Numbered from the stretch's first letter, positions 11,032-26,350 are shown. The stretch: DNA of 64,000 nucleotides from Xylographa opegraphella (GCA_022813865.1 JALDZX010000021.1:62001-126000), one strand, 5' to 3'. Numbers and translations are program-made. The notes: generated by a model from the letters alone, not told the origin.

Positions 11032-12952
11032 ATGGTTGCCCAGAGCGAGAAGATCTACCGCAATGCTCTCCTTGCGGGGAGCTTGGGCTTCATCACCTTT
11101 GGGTGGGATGCCGGTGTCCTGGGTGGGATTCTCCTGACAACGGAGTTCCAAACCGCGATGGGAGTACGAAGACACGGTATCAAGCATGAAGACAACCACT
11201 AACATCATGGGCTGCAGTTCCCGGATACTACCATCATTTCTATGATTGCCTCGACCTTCCTCTTGGCATCATGGTTTGGCTGCATTATCGTAGCTACCTT
11301 GGGTATGCTGCTTGGTCGAAGGACTTGGATTATCATCGGCAACTTGATCCAAATCGTGGGAACCATTATATCCGCGTCGAGCTTCAGCTATGGGCAATTG
11401 ATTGCAGGTCGTGTATTCATCGTAAGTGACGCCTGTTTCCAGCCCAAAGAACGATTGGCAGCTTATATCTCTTCGCAGGGTATTGGCAATGGATTTCTCA
11501 CATCAATGATTCCAATTTATGTAGCAGAAATGGCCGTGAAAACCAACACGCGTGGGCGTGGAGTCAATGCCATGATTGCAGCTGCCAGTGGTGGCACAGC
11601 GCTTGCCTATTGGGTGTATGAATATTGAAGGCTGTCGAATACGTATTTCTGCGAGTGCTGATTATCTATAGTGACTTTGGCATGGTGTTTGCCCATTCTC
11701 AAGCTGTATGGCGCTTCCCGGTGGCCTTTCAAATCTTTTGGTCGCTCTGCACCATCGCAGTCATTTTCCCGAACCCTGGTAAGTCATCTGTTCTATATTG
11801 CACATTGAGACAAGCAACGTTCGGAAATTCACACACGTTCCGCAGACACGCCGCGTTTTTACTATGCCAAAGGTCGTATTGCCGACGGTGACGCTCTGCT
11901 CGAACGTCTTTACGCCGAGTCGATTACCACTGCTGAAGTTCAGCAAGCCAAACTGAGTATTCTCGCTTCCCTCGAGCTCGAAAGAGCCGAGAGTGCATCC
12001 TTGCGTATCAAGGATTTCTTCTGGGACACTTCCGAAATGCAAGCGGCACGTCGTATTCGCACGGGCATGATTTTGATCGGTGTTGCCTATCTCATGGGCA
12101 TCGACATGATCTTCTACTACATGACTACCATCTTCCAAGTCTACATTGGCCTAGCTCCATTGACAGCCTCTGCGCTCTCGGGTGCGGCAACGACAGTGCT
12201 TACGATCAGCAACTACATGGGAGTGTATTTCATGGAGAGACTAAGCCGGAGGACTTGGCTTATCGGTGGCGCCGCGGCCCAAACCGTCTTCCTGGCCATC
12301 TTCACAGGACTACTGTCGTCGCCAGGTCCTCAGACTGGTGCTGCTGCCGCCGCAATGTTGTTCTGTTGGATTTGTGTGTTCGGACCTACCTGGGGACCTG
12401 TCACGGTGAGTTGGATACTAATAAATGTCAACCATTCTTTAGGCAAATACTGATTATGAGTGGCGAATAGTATGTTTACTCTTCCGAGATAATGCCTCTT
12501 CGCTATCGCCATCTCGGATTTGCTCTTAGTGTGTCTTGTCAGTGGGTCATGGCCTTCATTACGGTGTTCGCTGGGCCCATTGCCATTGCGGACCCGAGCG
12601 TGGGCTGGAAAACATGGATTTGGTTCTTGGTATTCAACGCACTCGCTGTACCTTTCGGTGAGTAAAGACGTCTCTTCCGTGCCACTGAATGAAGAGTGGA
12701 CCTCAAGATAGCCCGGGTATGCATCAATGACTATTGTGCTGACCACTGCAAACAGTCTTTTTCTTTTGCCCGGAAACGCGCGGACAATCACTGGAAGAGA
12801 TCGACCTCCTCTTCATGTCCGGAACTCTCAACGAGACCGACGCCGCTCGCACGCTCAAGCACGAGACCGGATTCGATGACGAGAAGACCAAGTCTCTGGA
12901 TGAGGAGCAGCCCAAGTCTCTGGACGAAGCGAAGCCCGCGTCTTCCGGTTGA
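11032..12952 (+). CDS. MFS sugar-porter family transporter, ~507 aa
   Basis: FGWDAGVLGG, LGRR loop, IAGRVFIGIGNG, PIYVAE, RGR, WRFP, PDTPR (PESPR-like), YSSEIMPLRYR and PETRG motifs. Exons 11032-11163, 11218-11421, 11479-11615, 11672-11778, 11846-12405, 12471-12657, 12756-12952; total 1524 nt. Confidence 0.93.
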
Positions 12953-15347
12953 GAAGTGCACTTTTGGTGGAGAAACACTGCTGGGATGCGTTGTAAATAG
13001 ATCAAGCGTCGCTTTTTGTAATTGGACCCGAACTTTCCTTTCTGAGAAATACTTACCTCTACATAATAAGCACAGCAATGAACTGTTCTTCTATTAGGAT
13101 GATGTGTATCGTGAAAGTCCGTCCCGTGATTTTGCTGCCACGCCGTGTCGACGGATGTCGTTGTGTCCTGAGATGCCGGGTATCTCTATCATACCGCCCA
13201 AAACCCGTGTAACATAACCCGGCACACACGACCACGCCATGCGTACCTATTCCCCGGTTCCCAACGAGCTTGGTCTCGTACCCTCACACGCACCCCTCGG
13301 TGAGAAACCACGATTTGAATCTCGGACCAGCTCTTCCACGACCCACTAAACTTCCAATCCCCGCATCCACAAGATCTCGAGGTCTTTCCCAATACGGTTT
13401 TGAGAACGGGGCAGAAGCAACAATGTACGAGTACGGGACGATGATCGATCCCCTTCGACATTACAAAGCTGCAAAAATACTCTTTCCGGCCTTTGGTGAC
13501 TGCTCGATCAAGGCTTTGGCGCTTGTAGCCACATGAGTACCTGTGTTTGATGTACTTTGTCACGACGCGGAGGGGGAAGACAGCTGTGTCGACCTTTCGG
13601 CATGCAATGGTTGTTAAGCGCGTGTAACGCGTAGAAGATTCGTTTTAGTGATGTAGTATCAACCTGGCTAAAACGTATTCATATTGATATCAACATCGCC
13701 TTCAATATCAAGGGACTTTTGGGATTCCAACAATCTCGAATTCAATCTCGGATTCGAAGGCAATTTGATAATCGCGGAGCGATTTCTCAATCTGGATCTG
13801 TGATTACAAGTGATAATCCCGCCGTTCATTAATGTCCCCTTCTTAAGACTCAAATCGTATATCCAACTCGTTTCCCGAAAAATGTATATTCTCGTTCATG
13901 ATCCTCTGACTCCACCTGCCCTACTCGTCTAGTCGATAGAATACATAGTATTGTTCGCCAAAAGACCTCATACCGAAGGTTTCCGTTGAGGGGACGCCTA
14001 CTGGGGCTACAGACGCCCGTCAATCATGTGCCTATCAATCATCATGGTGCCATACGGGAGCGTGTAGGGGAGCGCAGGGGCCATGGGACGGTGCACGACC
14101 TTAAGTGTCTTCCCAAAAATGTGCTCTAGCACAGCCACCACTTGAGCCATATTAGTTGCTAAGTCCGCAACTGCTTTGGTCCAACCCAAGGGAATTTGAC
14201 TGGTATGCATGGATACGCTCACCCAGCCCTTCATGTTTGTGAGGCCCACGTCCTTGATTGCCTGTGGGGAAGGGGGCCAACTGACTATCCACCATCGCTG
14301 GACTGGCCACGAAGCGCATCAAGACGCGCGAGATGCCAGCATGGCTTGCTTTCCCCCGTACCAACAAACCATAACCCAAGGAATCGACGGAGCTCAAATG
14401 GTGGCACTTTGCAAAGTATCCGCTTTTACCAAATCACGTCGGTCCATGCTCCGGTTGCCATGTCGTCAATTGTTTGAACATCAGTTTGTTCAGAAATGGC
14501 GAAGTTGGGCGTAGAGATAATTTGACGGACTGAATAGTCGGAGTAATACTTGAATTTGGCCCTTCGCGAGTCCGTTTAGTGATATATTCAGCGTTCGCGA
14601 AACACCGACCTCCGCCCTCGAGCCTGTTCTGTGGTCACGAAACGAAGCCTCCGCCCCGTCCCCTTGTTCTGCTGTCCACAACCCACTATTCCGATTCATT
14701 CAATCGGTCAAGCACCCTGAGAGTTCCGGGCTATACTACCTGACTCGGTGAATCAGTGCTCGACAATCGAAGGAAGGTAAGCTCGATAATGCTACGTCCT
14801 GAGAGTCTCCAGTTGGACATCGGCGTGCATATAATCTTTCTTACGAAACACATCGGTAGTACCCGATCTGGGGATTTTCGTGAATCGTAGTGCCTCGAGT
14901 CCGCTCCTTGAACAGCATCGCGTTGGGCAACAACAGGCTGAAAGTTGTCGGTTCTGCTTCACAACAAAGGGACGACTCCGTAGTTGTGAAGCGAAGAAAA
15001 CTTTTGTATTGGATACTCAATCAAGAATTCGGCGTCCACGAGTTGCGTATTGCGTCGTGAACCAAAGCTCAGATTAGCTTTAAGCTCCCAAAGTTGCAAG
15101 GGCGAAATCCAGCAGGATGTAATACGGTTTCCGCACCGCGGCACAATCCTTCCGATTTATGTGGTATTGGTGACCGTTGATACGAGTCGCGCTTCCCCGA
15201 ACTCGAAAGGATTCGATTCCAAGGTAGTGCTCAGCTGCCGCCATTAGATTTATGTATACGTTCAACGGGAATTTTACTATAGACGGATGCCACAGGTGTG
15301 ATATTAGAGGGCAAAACTCTCCTCATAGCCAGCCTTGTGGCATCTAG

Positions 15348-16653
15348 CTAGGGCAAATCTGACAGCCCGAGCCCAGGCCAGTATTGCGTCATGTTTAGCA
15401 AACTGCTTTGGCTTGAACGGAAATCCTTCGTCCTCTGAGAGTGCTTTCTCCGGGAATGGATCCAGTGCGTCGACAGGAAAGAGCCAAAAACCGAACGCAC
15501 GTTTCACGGCCTTGTCGAGGTCTCCGTTCTTATACTTCTCAGATGCGGCGCCTACCGTCCACTTCATGTTTTGTTTCTCAAAGAACGGGAAAACTGAACG
15601 AAGACTTGTCAGCCTCTGCTTGATACTGGTCCTGGCTATGCGGGGACTCGGACGAACCACCTCCCGATGGATTTCTCCATGCAGCATCCTCTTTCCGCAG
15701 CCATTATTTGGCGCTCATACGATCATAGATTTGATTTGCTCGACTGATAGTGGTGAAGGCCAGATAGAATCGATATTCAATTATGAGGTGGTGAAACGTG
15801 CTATTTCTTCAGCAGCTGTCGCCAGAGGAGAAGCATATGTCGCGGATCAGACGTCCCTACAAACACTTGCTGCAAGTCGTGAGTTATCGGTCTTGGGTCG
15901 TGATGCAGCCGTTCAAAGCCCGGCGTCATCGCCATGATTGGGAGAGAGCGATTGAATATGGTTTCGGCAGTCAGGATTTCGCTTTGAAAGCCCAAGATCT
16001 GACGCCCGGCTCTTTCTGTACAAATAAGAAACACCTCGTGTAGTTGCGCGAGGGTCTCTACGAAGACTGTTCTGATTCGTGATTCAAGATCTGAAGACTT
16101 CAGCATATCGAGATCGTTCGCGTTCAGATCGTTGAGTTCCACTGCCAGATTGAGCAGGCCGACATGGCGAGGATCGCAGATGACCTTCAGATGATATAGG
16201 AAGTCAACCAGAGTATCCTTCACCGGGATTTCCGGGCTGATGTGAAGGAAGTCATACTCCGGATTGAAATCAAGAGTTCCAGCGCTCGTCGCGCCCGCTC
16301 CAGTCTTCACGTTCGTGAGCCTACAAGGAAGGTGGACTCGATAGAATTCCAAGGCTGCCTCTCTTGGTTCGCAATTGACCCGTAATAATTTGCTCGTCAC
16401 TTGATATCCATCCACAACGGCGCAATAGCGCTCGCTCTTGTTGGCAAAATTCGATGATTTCCGCTGCTTGGTTGGCTGTCCGCTCGGTCTGACCCATGAG
16501 ACGGATTCTGATGATACGCTGCCGTTGCAGCGTGTGCCACCATATCTTCAAGCGGAGTTCTTGTGGTAAGAGAGAGAACAGAGGGAAGCGCGGTTCTTTG
16601 ACAGGACTTGTTTGACTAGCGGTGAAGATTTGCAGATCAGGTCGAGATGCCAT
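15348..16653 (-). pseudogene. 2EXR-domain protein pseudogene (multiple frameshifts and in-frame stops)
   Basis: The N-terminal FPLFSLLPQELRLKIW motif is typical of 2EXR. Coding similarity jumps frame in the T-run near 16447, continuing as SERYCAVVDGYQVTSKLLRVNCEPREAALEFYRVHLPC. There is TAG at 15803-15801, TAA at 15706-15704, and further shifts before AFGFWLFP and the terminal LLNMTQYWPGLGLSDLP*. No splice signals explain the breaks. Confidence 0.75.
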
Positions 16654-18120
16654 ATTGGCTGAAGTTATCCTGAGCCCAGCCTAATCCTACTCGGCTACGC
16701 CACCTGTATCGCAAGTACTTTGGAGAGATCGAAAGATACTTCTGCGTGCCAATAGACCAGTGAGATGCGCCATCAAGAAGACTTAAGTCTGGAAAAGCGA
16801 ACGGACTTGTATCGTCTATCGAAGAAAGTCAGACAAACACTAGTGCTGAAAAATGGTAGCCTGGAAGACTAGGTACTTATACAGTACTATTGTACGCCAC
16901 GAACCGTGGGAAATGGTACACAACGGCGTGGCGCAGCGGGCGTAGCAAAAGACTTTTATGATCCGGGGCAAAGCACAAAAGCATATATTAGGGTTTGACT
17001 TGACCAGACTAGTAAAGCAAAAAAGCTAGCGTCGCACAAACTTTTATATTGAGACAGCCACAAAGCTAGTGTCGGAGAGGTAAGGGCCCTAAACGTTCCA
17101 AGCGTGTTATAGAATACCTACTAGCTAAAACAGCTTTCGCATACCTGTATCTGAGGGACGCTACTCGACATGGCGTCCATGAATAATATAGGTACATCGA
17201 GTGCTGTGCGGCAAATGTTCTGGGACAACGAACGGGAGGCATGGGGCTAAGAAGATAAGTTCTGTGAGTGCATTACTCCGGCACTGCAGTCCACAGACAC
17301 GGGTTGCTCGTGAAAAACGGAAGCCGATGCGGCATACACACACCAGACAGCTGAGCTTCAGAAACGAAGTGCCAGCGATGGGCGACAAAGAAGCCACGCG
17401 ATAGCATTTCACAGATCGGTCGATGTGCTGGAAAGTCACGGTACTCTATTGGAGCGAGAACTCATTATGTACGCGCGAGTATCCAACAGAACAAAACCTT
17501 TTGAGGCACTTTGCCCAGACCATCCGAACCTCCAATCCCGCTAACCGCACCTCGTCAACCCGAACGGCAGGAACGAAACCACCAAAGGAAGCGAGCAGAA
17601 ATGCTTTCAACCCTGCCGCCTGAAAACGCAGATGCAGCCAAGCCGAGCCAGTAGACGAAAAAACCGAGGATTTTTGCCCAACGGAAGGTGAGCCATAACC
17701 AGACCGAGTCCAACCAACACCATTTGCGTCATCCTCACCAGAGTACCAGAGTCCCAGAGCACCGAAGCACCGCCGCTAGACGCTTAGATACATCACCCGA
17801 ACCCTCGCACATCAACCACGTCCGTTCGAAAGGAGACACAGAGTATCCACCACCAATCATGAAGTCGTAAAAGCAGAAAGCAAAATTTTTCCAGCAGTCG
17901 TCCCACGTGAACAAGGATGCGAAAATTGCGAGTCTTGGTTTCGTGTGCGCTGGAATTATGAGTAATGCCATTAGGTGATTTTCCTACTGAAGATCGCATG
18001 CACCCGAGACCAACAAGCTGAAGCGCGAGGGAGGGAGAGATCAATGCACCATTTGACCACGTATCCAATCACCAAGGGTGAACTGTGGTTGCTGTAGAGC
18101 AAACTTGAACCATGTCCTGA

Positions 18121-19869
<1,749 letters not shown>

Positions 19870-20023
19870 GGTGGAGTGTCGTGATGGTGGGCTCTGGTTG
19901 AAGGCGGGGAAATAAGATGGTTCCTGTTTGGGCAATGGATGGTTGGGAAGAGAAGTGCGCGGAGCCTCGTATTCCGAAGCACGCACGGAAATCAGGTTAT
20001 CGAGCACCTTATTGTTCCTCGAC

Positions 20024-20083
20024 TCACACACACACCACCTCCACAACTTCCGTGTTCGTGTGTGGGTGTGTCTGTGTGTGTGT
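20024..20083. repeat. Imperfect (AC)n and (GT)n microsatellites upstream of the C2H2 gene
   Basis: cacacacacac near 20024-20034 and gtgtgtgggtgtgtctgtgtgtgtgtg near 20058-20083. Confidence 0.6.
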
Positions 20084-23000
20084 GAGGGGAGAGTAGGTGT
20101 GAACGACGAGGCAAAGTAAAATGGTAGGCTTGAGATGGGGACGAAAGTTACTTCATAAGGCAACGTTGCACCGAAGGTACTTGAACGGGTTCCTCCCGTC
20201 TGCGTGCTTGACAGGTGACAATGGGATTGTTGAGGAAGCAAGTGAATAAACTTCAGCCCGTTCGAGGGAGATATACCAATCGAATCTGAGGGCCAAAGAG
20301 CGGCAACAGGGAGAGGGGAGGTGGAGGCTAGCTGCAAGCCCTATACATCCAGCAATATTGCCATTTGGCCTTGCTTTTTATGCGCGTTGGCGTAGATTGG
20401 ATGGGGTTTGGGGACGTCCAGAGCGAGCTTAGTTGTATCGCGCTGGGGCGCTCGTGCGATTTGACACGACCGTGGGACTAGGTAGCATCAACGGCGCACT
20501 GCGCACTCGCTTGTTCGCGCTGATTATGCGCTCCGATGAGGTTGGAGGAGCCCGGAACTGAATAGCTTTGACAGCTCGGGACTTACGCAGTGGCGGAACG
20601 CGGGGAGAATGATTCTTGAGCCGTGGATTGGTTGATCACCGGTCGCCGACGGCAATGCAGTGGACACGCACCGCGATCGATTCTGCACGATGACACGGAA
20701 CTTCGACCGTCCAACGAGTATATGGCACCTTCCAACAGCCTTCGGCTGGTCAACTTGCTCAATCAGGCGACGGGCTTGAAGGTATTCTGGTGCCAACGAG
20801 ACGGAGACGGCGGACAGCAGGCGGGACAATCAGGCGGGTAGTGGTGAAATTGTGCGGCGGCGATTGGAGGGAAATCTGGCAGTTATGGTCGTGTGCATGG
20901 CGAGAGCCAACAAGAAAGCAGAACGATACATCCAGAAGCGCGAGTGCCAGAAGCGGTCATGGTGAGTAGATGATGTGTAGATAGTGGGAAGCTATGGCAC
21001 AAGCTGGCGTATTTGAAGAGTGGCCAGCGCACGACTTGTCAACCGGTCATCGCGAGAACTGGCTTTGTGGGGCAATCCAATGAGCCGGAGACTGCTAGCA
21101 CTCCACTTGCGTAATGCCTGAGGACCAATGTGCTCAACGATACCGCGCATAATCCCTATTCACATCTCAGATGCCCAGCTTCCAATATTCAGCTAAGATC
21201 TTATATCACAAGCGGCGTATACACGATCCATTGTGGGCCAGGACCCGTACGACTGCTACTACTCTAGCACGAGCAATAGGAAGCCTTTGCGGGTCGTCGA
21301 AGAGAAAGGTTAAGTCGCGGCCCTGTCCGCCGTGGCTTCTACGGCGGAACAAATGGAAGACGCCAACTCCACGCTTGCCCACACAAGACTGTTCGAACAT
21401 CGACCAAGAACCCATATCCGTGTTCAAGACTGAGCACTGCCATTTGCTTCGATGCTGCCATTTGGGTACTTGACCCGGCTCGCGGCCGTCTGGAGAAACC
21501 ACAGTCGTACGGAGGGCAATTCGGCCTCTCAGAATCGCAGTGCAGGCGATAAGGGATGAAGAGATCGACGGTTTCGCGGTGATTCAGGAGCTCGAGACTC
21601 AGCTCATGACACGCAGGGGCCACCGGCCGTTCTTCCCCTCACCCACCTTCCAAGCCACCACATTCCACTGCCCGCCCATACCCACGCCGGAGCAGACGGG
21701 ATGTCTCTTCCAAAACAGCAGTGGGGAGTGCGAAGGTACCCGTATGATGATCTAACAATTTGCCTTTGCGGATATAAAAGTCTCACACCATCGTGACGAC
21801 GCCAGCCTGCCCCTGAGTCCAGCTTAGCCGGATGCAGGCCACTACCCAGGCGAGGTTGGCCAAGCCCCTGGCTTAAAGCTATCCGCACTCACTAGCGGGT
21901 TAGCGAGAACCTTGTCCCCGCATTTCCGGGCTGGGATGTGATTGGAGCGCTTCCGAGGATGCGATACACAACCAAGGTACAGACGGTCGGCTTGCAAGAT
22001 ATTGCGACATCAACGGAAGTCCGCTGTACAGGCTCGCTGGCATACCAAACACATGAAACGTAGCGACTGCCTTGCCCATCGTTCCTGCCTTCACCCACCC
22101 TCCCGTACCCAAGCCGCGCCCTATCTCTGCTCTAAATTCCTAGCGCTCTGATTGCGATCCGCAGTAAGACAGAAGTAGAAATGTTTGGCGAATTCGAAGC
22201 CCAGTCGAAGATAGTCACCCTTCTGGTGGCAGATCACATTGCATAATCTGGGGTGCGCACTGGAGATCCGGACTGGTCATCGAAGCGTACCCAAGGGCAC
22301 CATTATTTGCGGGCTTGGATGGATGCGCTCATAAGATACACGACGTAACGCAAAACCAGCATTGCTGAAATCGGCAGTCGGAGGGCTCAGGGCCATGCCC
22401 GCTTGCGGATTTCAGAGCGGGTCCTTGTGCTGATATGATCCCACCCGTGAATCGTAACAGGTCGACGTTGGCATGGGAGTAAGTCGGCAGTTGAGACAGT
22501 TCGTGGGTTGTAAAACGGTATTCCCCCATGGCAAGGGTCACTGAGGTCGCTAGAGTTTTCACTCATTGCCACTGTTGTCTGTGCTCAATCCCAAATGTAG
22601 CTGCCTCGATGCTTGTACCTGCAGGAATGCAAGTTCTCTACGGCGACTGCCGGGTCACATTTGTATGGGCCATTGATGTGCGAGTTGAGCCGTACGAAGA
22701 GGCATCCTACCCACACTTCGAATCCACTGAGTGATGCAAACAGACATTCTTGGGACGACCCATGGTCACAATTACTACACAGTGGGAGCAGTTTTCTTGA
22801 GTCGAGGCAAATCCCGCGTGCCCGCACAAAATTGCGAGATGCATGCGTTCTATGCTGCTGTGCATCGAGGACCTTGACAGAGATCCACCGGTTTGACCTT
22901 TCCAAGTCTCCAAGAGCTGAAATGTTGTGACGCTGACTACCTCGTGGGGTGTGGCGTACGGCTCTTCTCTCGCATTGATATCTGACACATGGTTAATGCA

Positions 23001-25408
23001 GGACTATAAGTCAACCCGTTCAATTTGCAGGGACTACTCACGCAGTCTAATCCAACCCGCAGAGTTCATACGATCATCAGAGGACTTGGGCGAATTGCTA
23101 GTAAGTAAGTGGAACTCAGAACCCATCCATCGACCGATGCGTTGTCGCGCTCCTCTATTGCAGATAGACTATTCATGGTACATTCAGCCGCTGCGTATTC
23201 GAAATTCAGCCATTCGTGGTTCTCCAACTGGCAAATAGCCTTGCACCCGACGGTAGGTCAAGGATATATCGTATTGAAACACCGTTTCGACCTGGGAGTC
23301 ACTTGGAAGAGACGTGCACGGTCTATCTTATAAATAGCAGAACCATCTGTGGCCCGTACCAAGGTCACAACCACTGAACTGGGTCGCAAACCCGACTGCA
23401 CGAACTCAAACACTTCCAATTCCTACATTCTCGTTGGGATACCTAGCATATCAACGCTCTGACCTTTGCTCGATCTGTAAGCCTCCAATTATCGTTGCCA
23501 GCTATAGAACGAGAACTCCAGTCGACCTGATTCATGGATTCATCATGCAGAAAACCTGCTCATCTGTTGTTCGCGTGGCAATACTGTGGCAATGGCATGC
23601 TGAAAGACTCAGAGTGGATCCCTAGCGTGTAGCAGACACAATTCATCCAGACCATCGCATGGCTGGAATGCTTCGATGATATGAGATCGCCGAACCCCTG
23701 TTGCTAAGCTATGCCAGGGATGAGTACCTGCTTACTGCAGTGATAGGGCATGTGGCCTTGCTCACGCCACACAGTGATGATGATTGCCGAGCTTACATTG
23801 CCTGCCCAGATCCCACAAGGGATGTGGGATGGATGGCCACCACGGTTAAGCACGAGTTAGTTACTTATTGATGGTAAGCTTGACCGTCAAGTCGGTAAGG
23901 GGAGTCCCAACCATCGGGAGCGTCGGTAATAAGGCAAACTTAACGCCCAAAATGGAACATCGCTTGCACCGGATTTGATCCTTGGATGGTTCGCAGAAGT
24001 GTGCTGGGCTTCCGTTACATGTCAAGGGCTTGTTGGCTTCATGTTTTCTGTTCCTCACGGCCAGTCGCGACAAAAGCGGGTGTAACTCCGGGAGTACCGC
24101 TACAGTGATGAGAGTGGATACAAAGCATGGTATCGGACTCCCCACAGGAGAAATTCTGTACTGCCGAGACCCACGTCTGTTACACATCAGCCTGCTCCCA
24201 TACGATCTTTCCATGAGAGTTCACAAAGTCTGCTGGTTGAGATAGTTGGGTCGCTCTGTTGTATGGAAGCAGAAAGCCGTTCTGCAAAGAGCGAGGACTT
24301 TATCGTCGATGTCAATAGCCCCTTGAAATTATTGTAATAATGTACTGTCGATATACAGCGGACACATAATTCCTCCCAATTGAAACTACCTTCGCGGAAG
24401 TTATTTTCGGTTGAATAGGTTGTAGAGATTGACGCAGATCGCGCAGTGGGTTGGTGTGGATACTCCCGCGGTTGTTCAGAACGCGGTCTCAAACCCGAAA
24501 AACTCTTTTGTGGACCCTTGTATAGAACTGATATGCCCTTCTTGCGGTCATCGATCCATATGTCCACGTTTGTCGCTGATCCCGAGGATGATTACCGCAG
24601 CTAGTTTCAGGACCCGCAACACTAATGCAGCTCGTATTCGTGGAATGCCAACACGCTCTGCTTCATCACAGTAATGATGGCCAATGTAAGAACTTGGAAG
24701 CCTCCAGAGTCTTTGAAAGAGTCGGATAATCCACATCGAGACTGGGTTCCACTAGGTCACCAAGTTGAATTCTACATAAAACTGAGCTATCACCAAGAGG
24801 GTCATGACAAATCCACTCCTTCCAATATCGGGAAGAATCGGATGGTCACTGTTGTCCACGGTTACACAATCTTGCGGTCCTCCTCCATGGGGCACTAATA
24901 TGCTCAACATGGCTCTGTCCCAACACACGGTCTGAGCGGTAAGCCATCAAGACATTTCTGCAACAACATCGACTGATGATGAATTTGCAATCCGTGGTGA
25001 CTTCCATGACGGTGGTGGAATGACCTAGTGAAGCGCTTGAGAGGATGTCCAGATTCTGATGCTGTCCCTGAAGGGGGGAAGAACACATGGTACAACAGCA
25101 CCTCTGAGGTCTCCTATCGAGCTTCTGTACCTTAAGGCTTGGAAGATTGCAAAGTCATTGAGCTTGGCTCCAAATGAAGCGAATGGGAATAAAACATATT
25201 TCAGAGACTTCACACATCTTACGTAAACACGTTATAGAGTATAGCGGTCAGCAACAAACCAAGTCAAAGAAGACAAAGTAAGCACTCGATTGAGACAGTT
25301 GTTCACAGAACTTCACACATGGTATGTGTAACTTATGCCATTGATAGTCGTCAATAACCACCAGCTTTCGACTTCTTTCGACCACAGCATAGAGTCGTCT
25401 GAAGTGAG

Positions 25409-25927
25409 TCATGAAACCCTAGACAAGTCGAGCTCAAACTTCCATGCCAAGAGCCCTTTGGGATTATCTTGCCCTTCACCAAGAGAATCAAACCCATTTC
25501 TGATCAGAACGAGCCTACTGGCCGGATTGGAGGTGTATACCTCGGCCGTGATTTTATCTATACCAATCAATTTAGCTTCGCGTATCAGGCCATCGACAGC
25601 ATGCGTCATGATCCCTTTGTTCCAGTACTCCGGGGAGAGCCAATATCCAAAGCGACCATCAGAATAAATCGCTATATCACCAATCAGGTCATCATCTTGC
25701 TCGAGGTTTCGGATACTATAATGGAGTTTGTAATTGTTCCTTTTGAGGAACTGAAGGGCATCATCCGTTGTGTAAACATCCGGCATGATGACACCGAAGT
25801 TTCCGGTCACAGTCCTGTCGTTCAAGTAGCTCACCAAGCGAGTTGTGTCTTTGTCAATCTGGTAGGGTCCCAGCACGATGTTGGGGCGTATTTGGATCAC
25901 TCTTTTGGCGGGAAGCAGAGCCGTCAT
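25409..25927 (-). CDS. GNAT N-acetyltransferase, RimJ/RimL (Acetyltransf_3) type, 172 aa, intronless
   Basis: LIGDI, FGYWLSPEYWNKGIMTHAV (acetyl-CoA binding motif A) and AEVYTSNPASRLVLIRNGF (motif B, NxASxxVLxxxGF). ATG at 25927 chosen over the upstream GTG in the ORF track. Confidence 0.85.
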   Translation of the reverse strand: MTALLPAKRVIQIRPNIVLGPYQIDKDTTRLVSYLNDRTVTGNFGVIMPDVYTTDDALQFLKRNNYKLHYSIRNLEQDDDLIGDIAIYSDGRFGYWLSPEYWNKGIMTHAVDGLIREAKLIGIDKITAEVYTSNPASRLVLIRNGFDSLGEGQDNPKGLLAWKFELDLSRVS

Positions 25928-26350
25928 TTCCAGAAGATCTAAATGGCCTCGAGGTGATGCTCTCTGTGCCGAGTAAGGCACCGTCGTAGCGAGGACACCA
26001 GCACAGCCTTGAGTAGCCACATGACCCCCACGAAGAACTACCTCTTATCCTAGACCAGCCTAACTAGGCTATTATAGGCTAAAGTAACCGAGCCGAGATA
26101 CTTACTTTACGTTAAGGTACTTCCCGTCTACTGTACTACCTTAGGTATGGTACAGAATTTTGCTAACCGGATCCGACGTATCAGTACAGAGTATGTTGGA
26201 AGAATTTGAGCGGTGAACCACCATCTTCTCAATATACCAACATCATTGTCAATAGCATGCATCAGCACTGGTAATCTCAACCCGCACCTCCCCCCCAACA
26301 CCCTCATCTTCCTCGTCCACTCTGTCCGCCCGTCCGCCAAACCGCGCACC

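Noticed and set aside
15335..15937. 200-aa plus-strand ORF
   Set aside because: Antisense to the 2EXR pseudogene; no independent evidence.
24846..25088. GHSTTVMEVTTDCKFIIS fragment faintly like a WD40 repeat
   Set aside because: Single short match with no further repeats or splice support.
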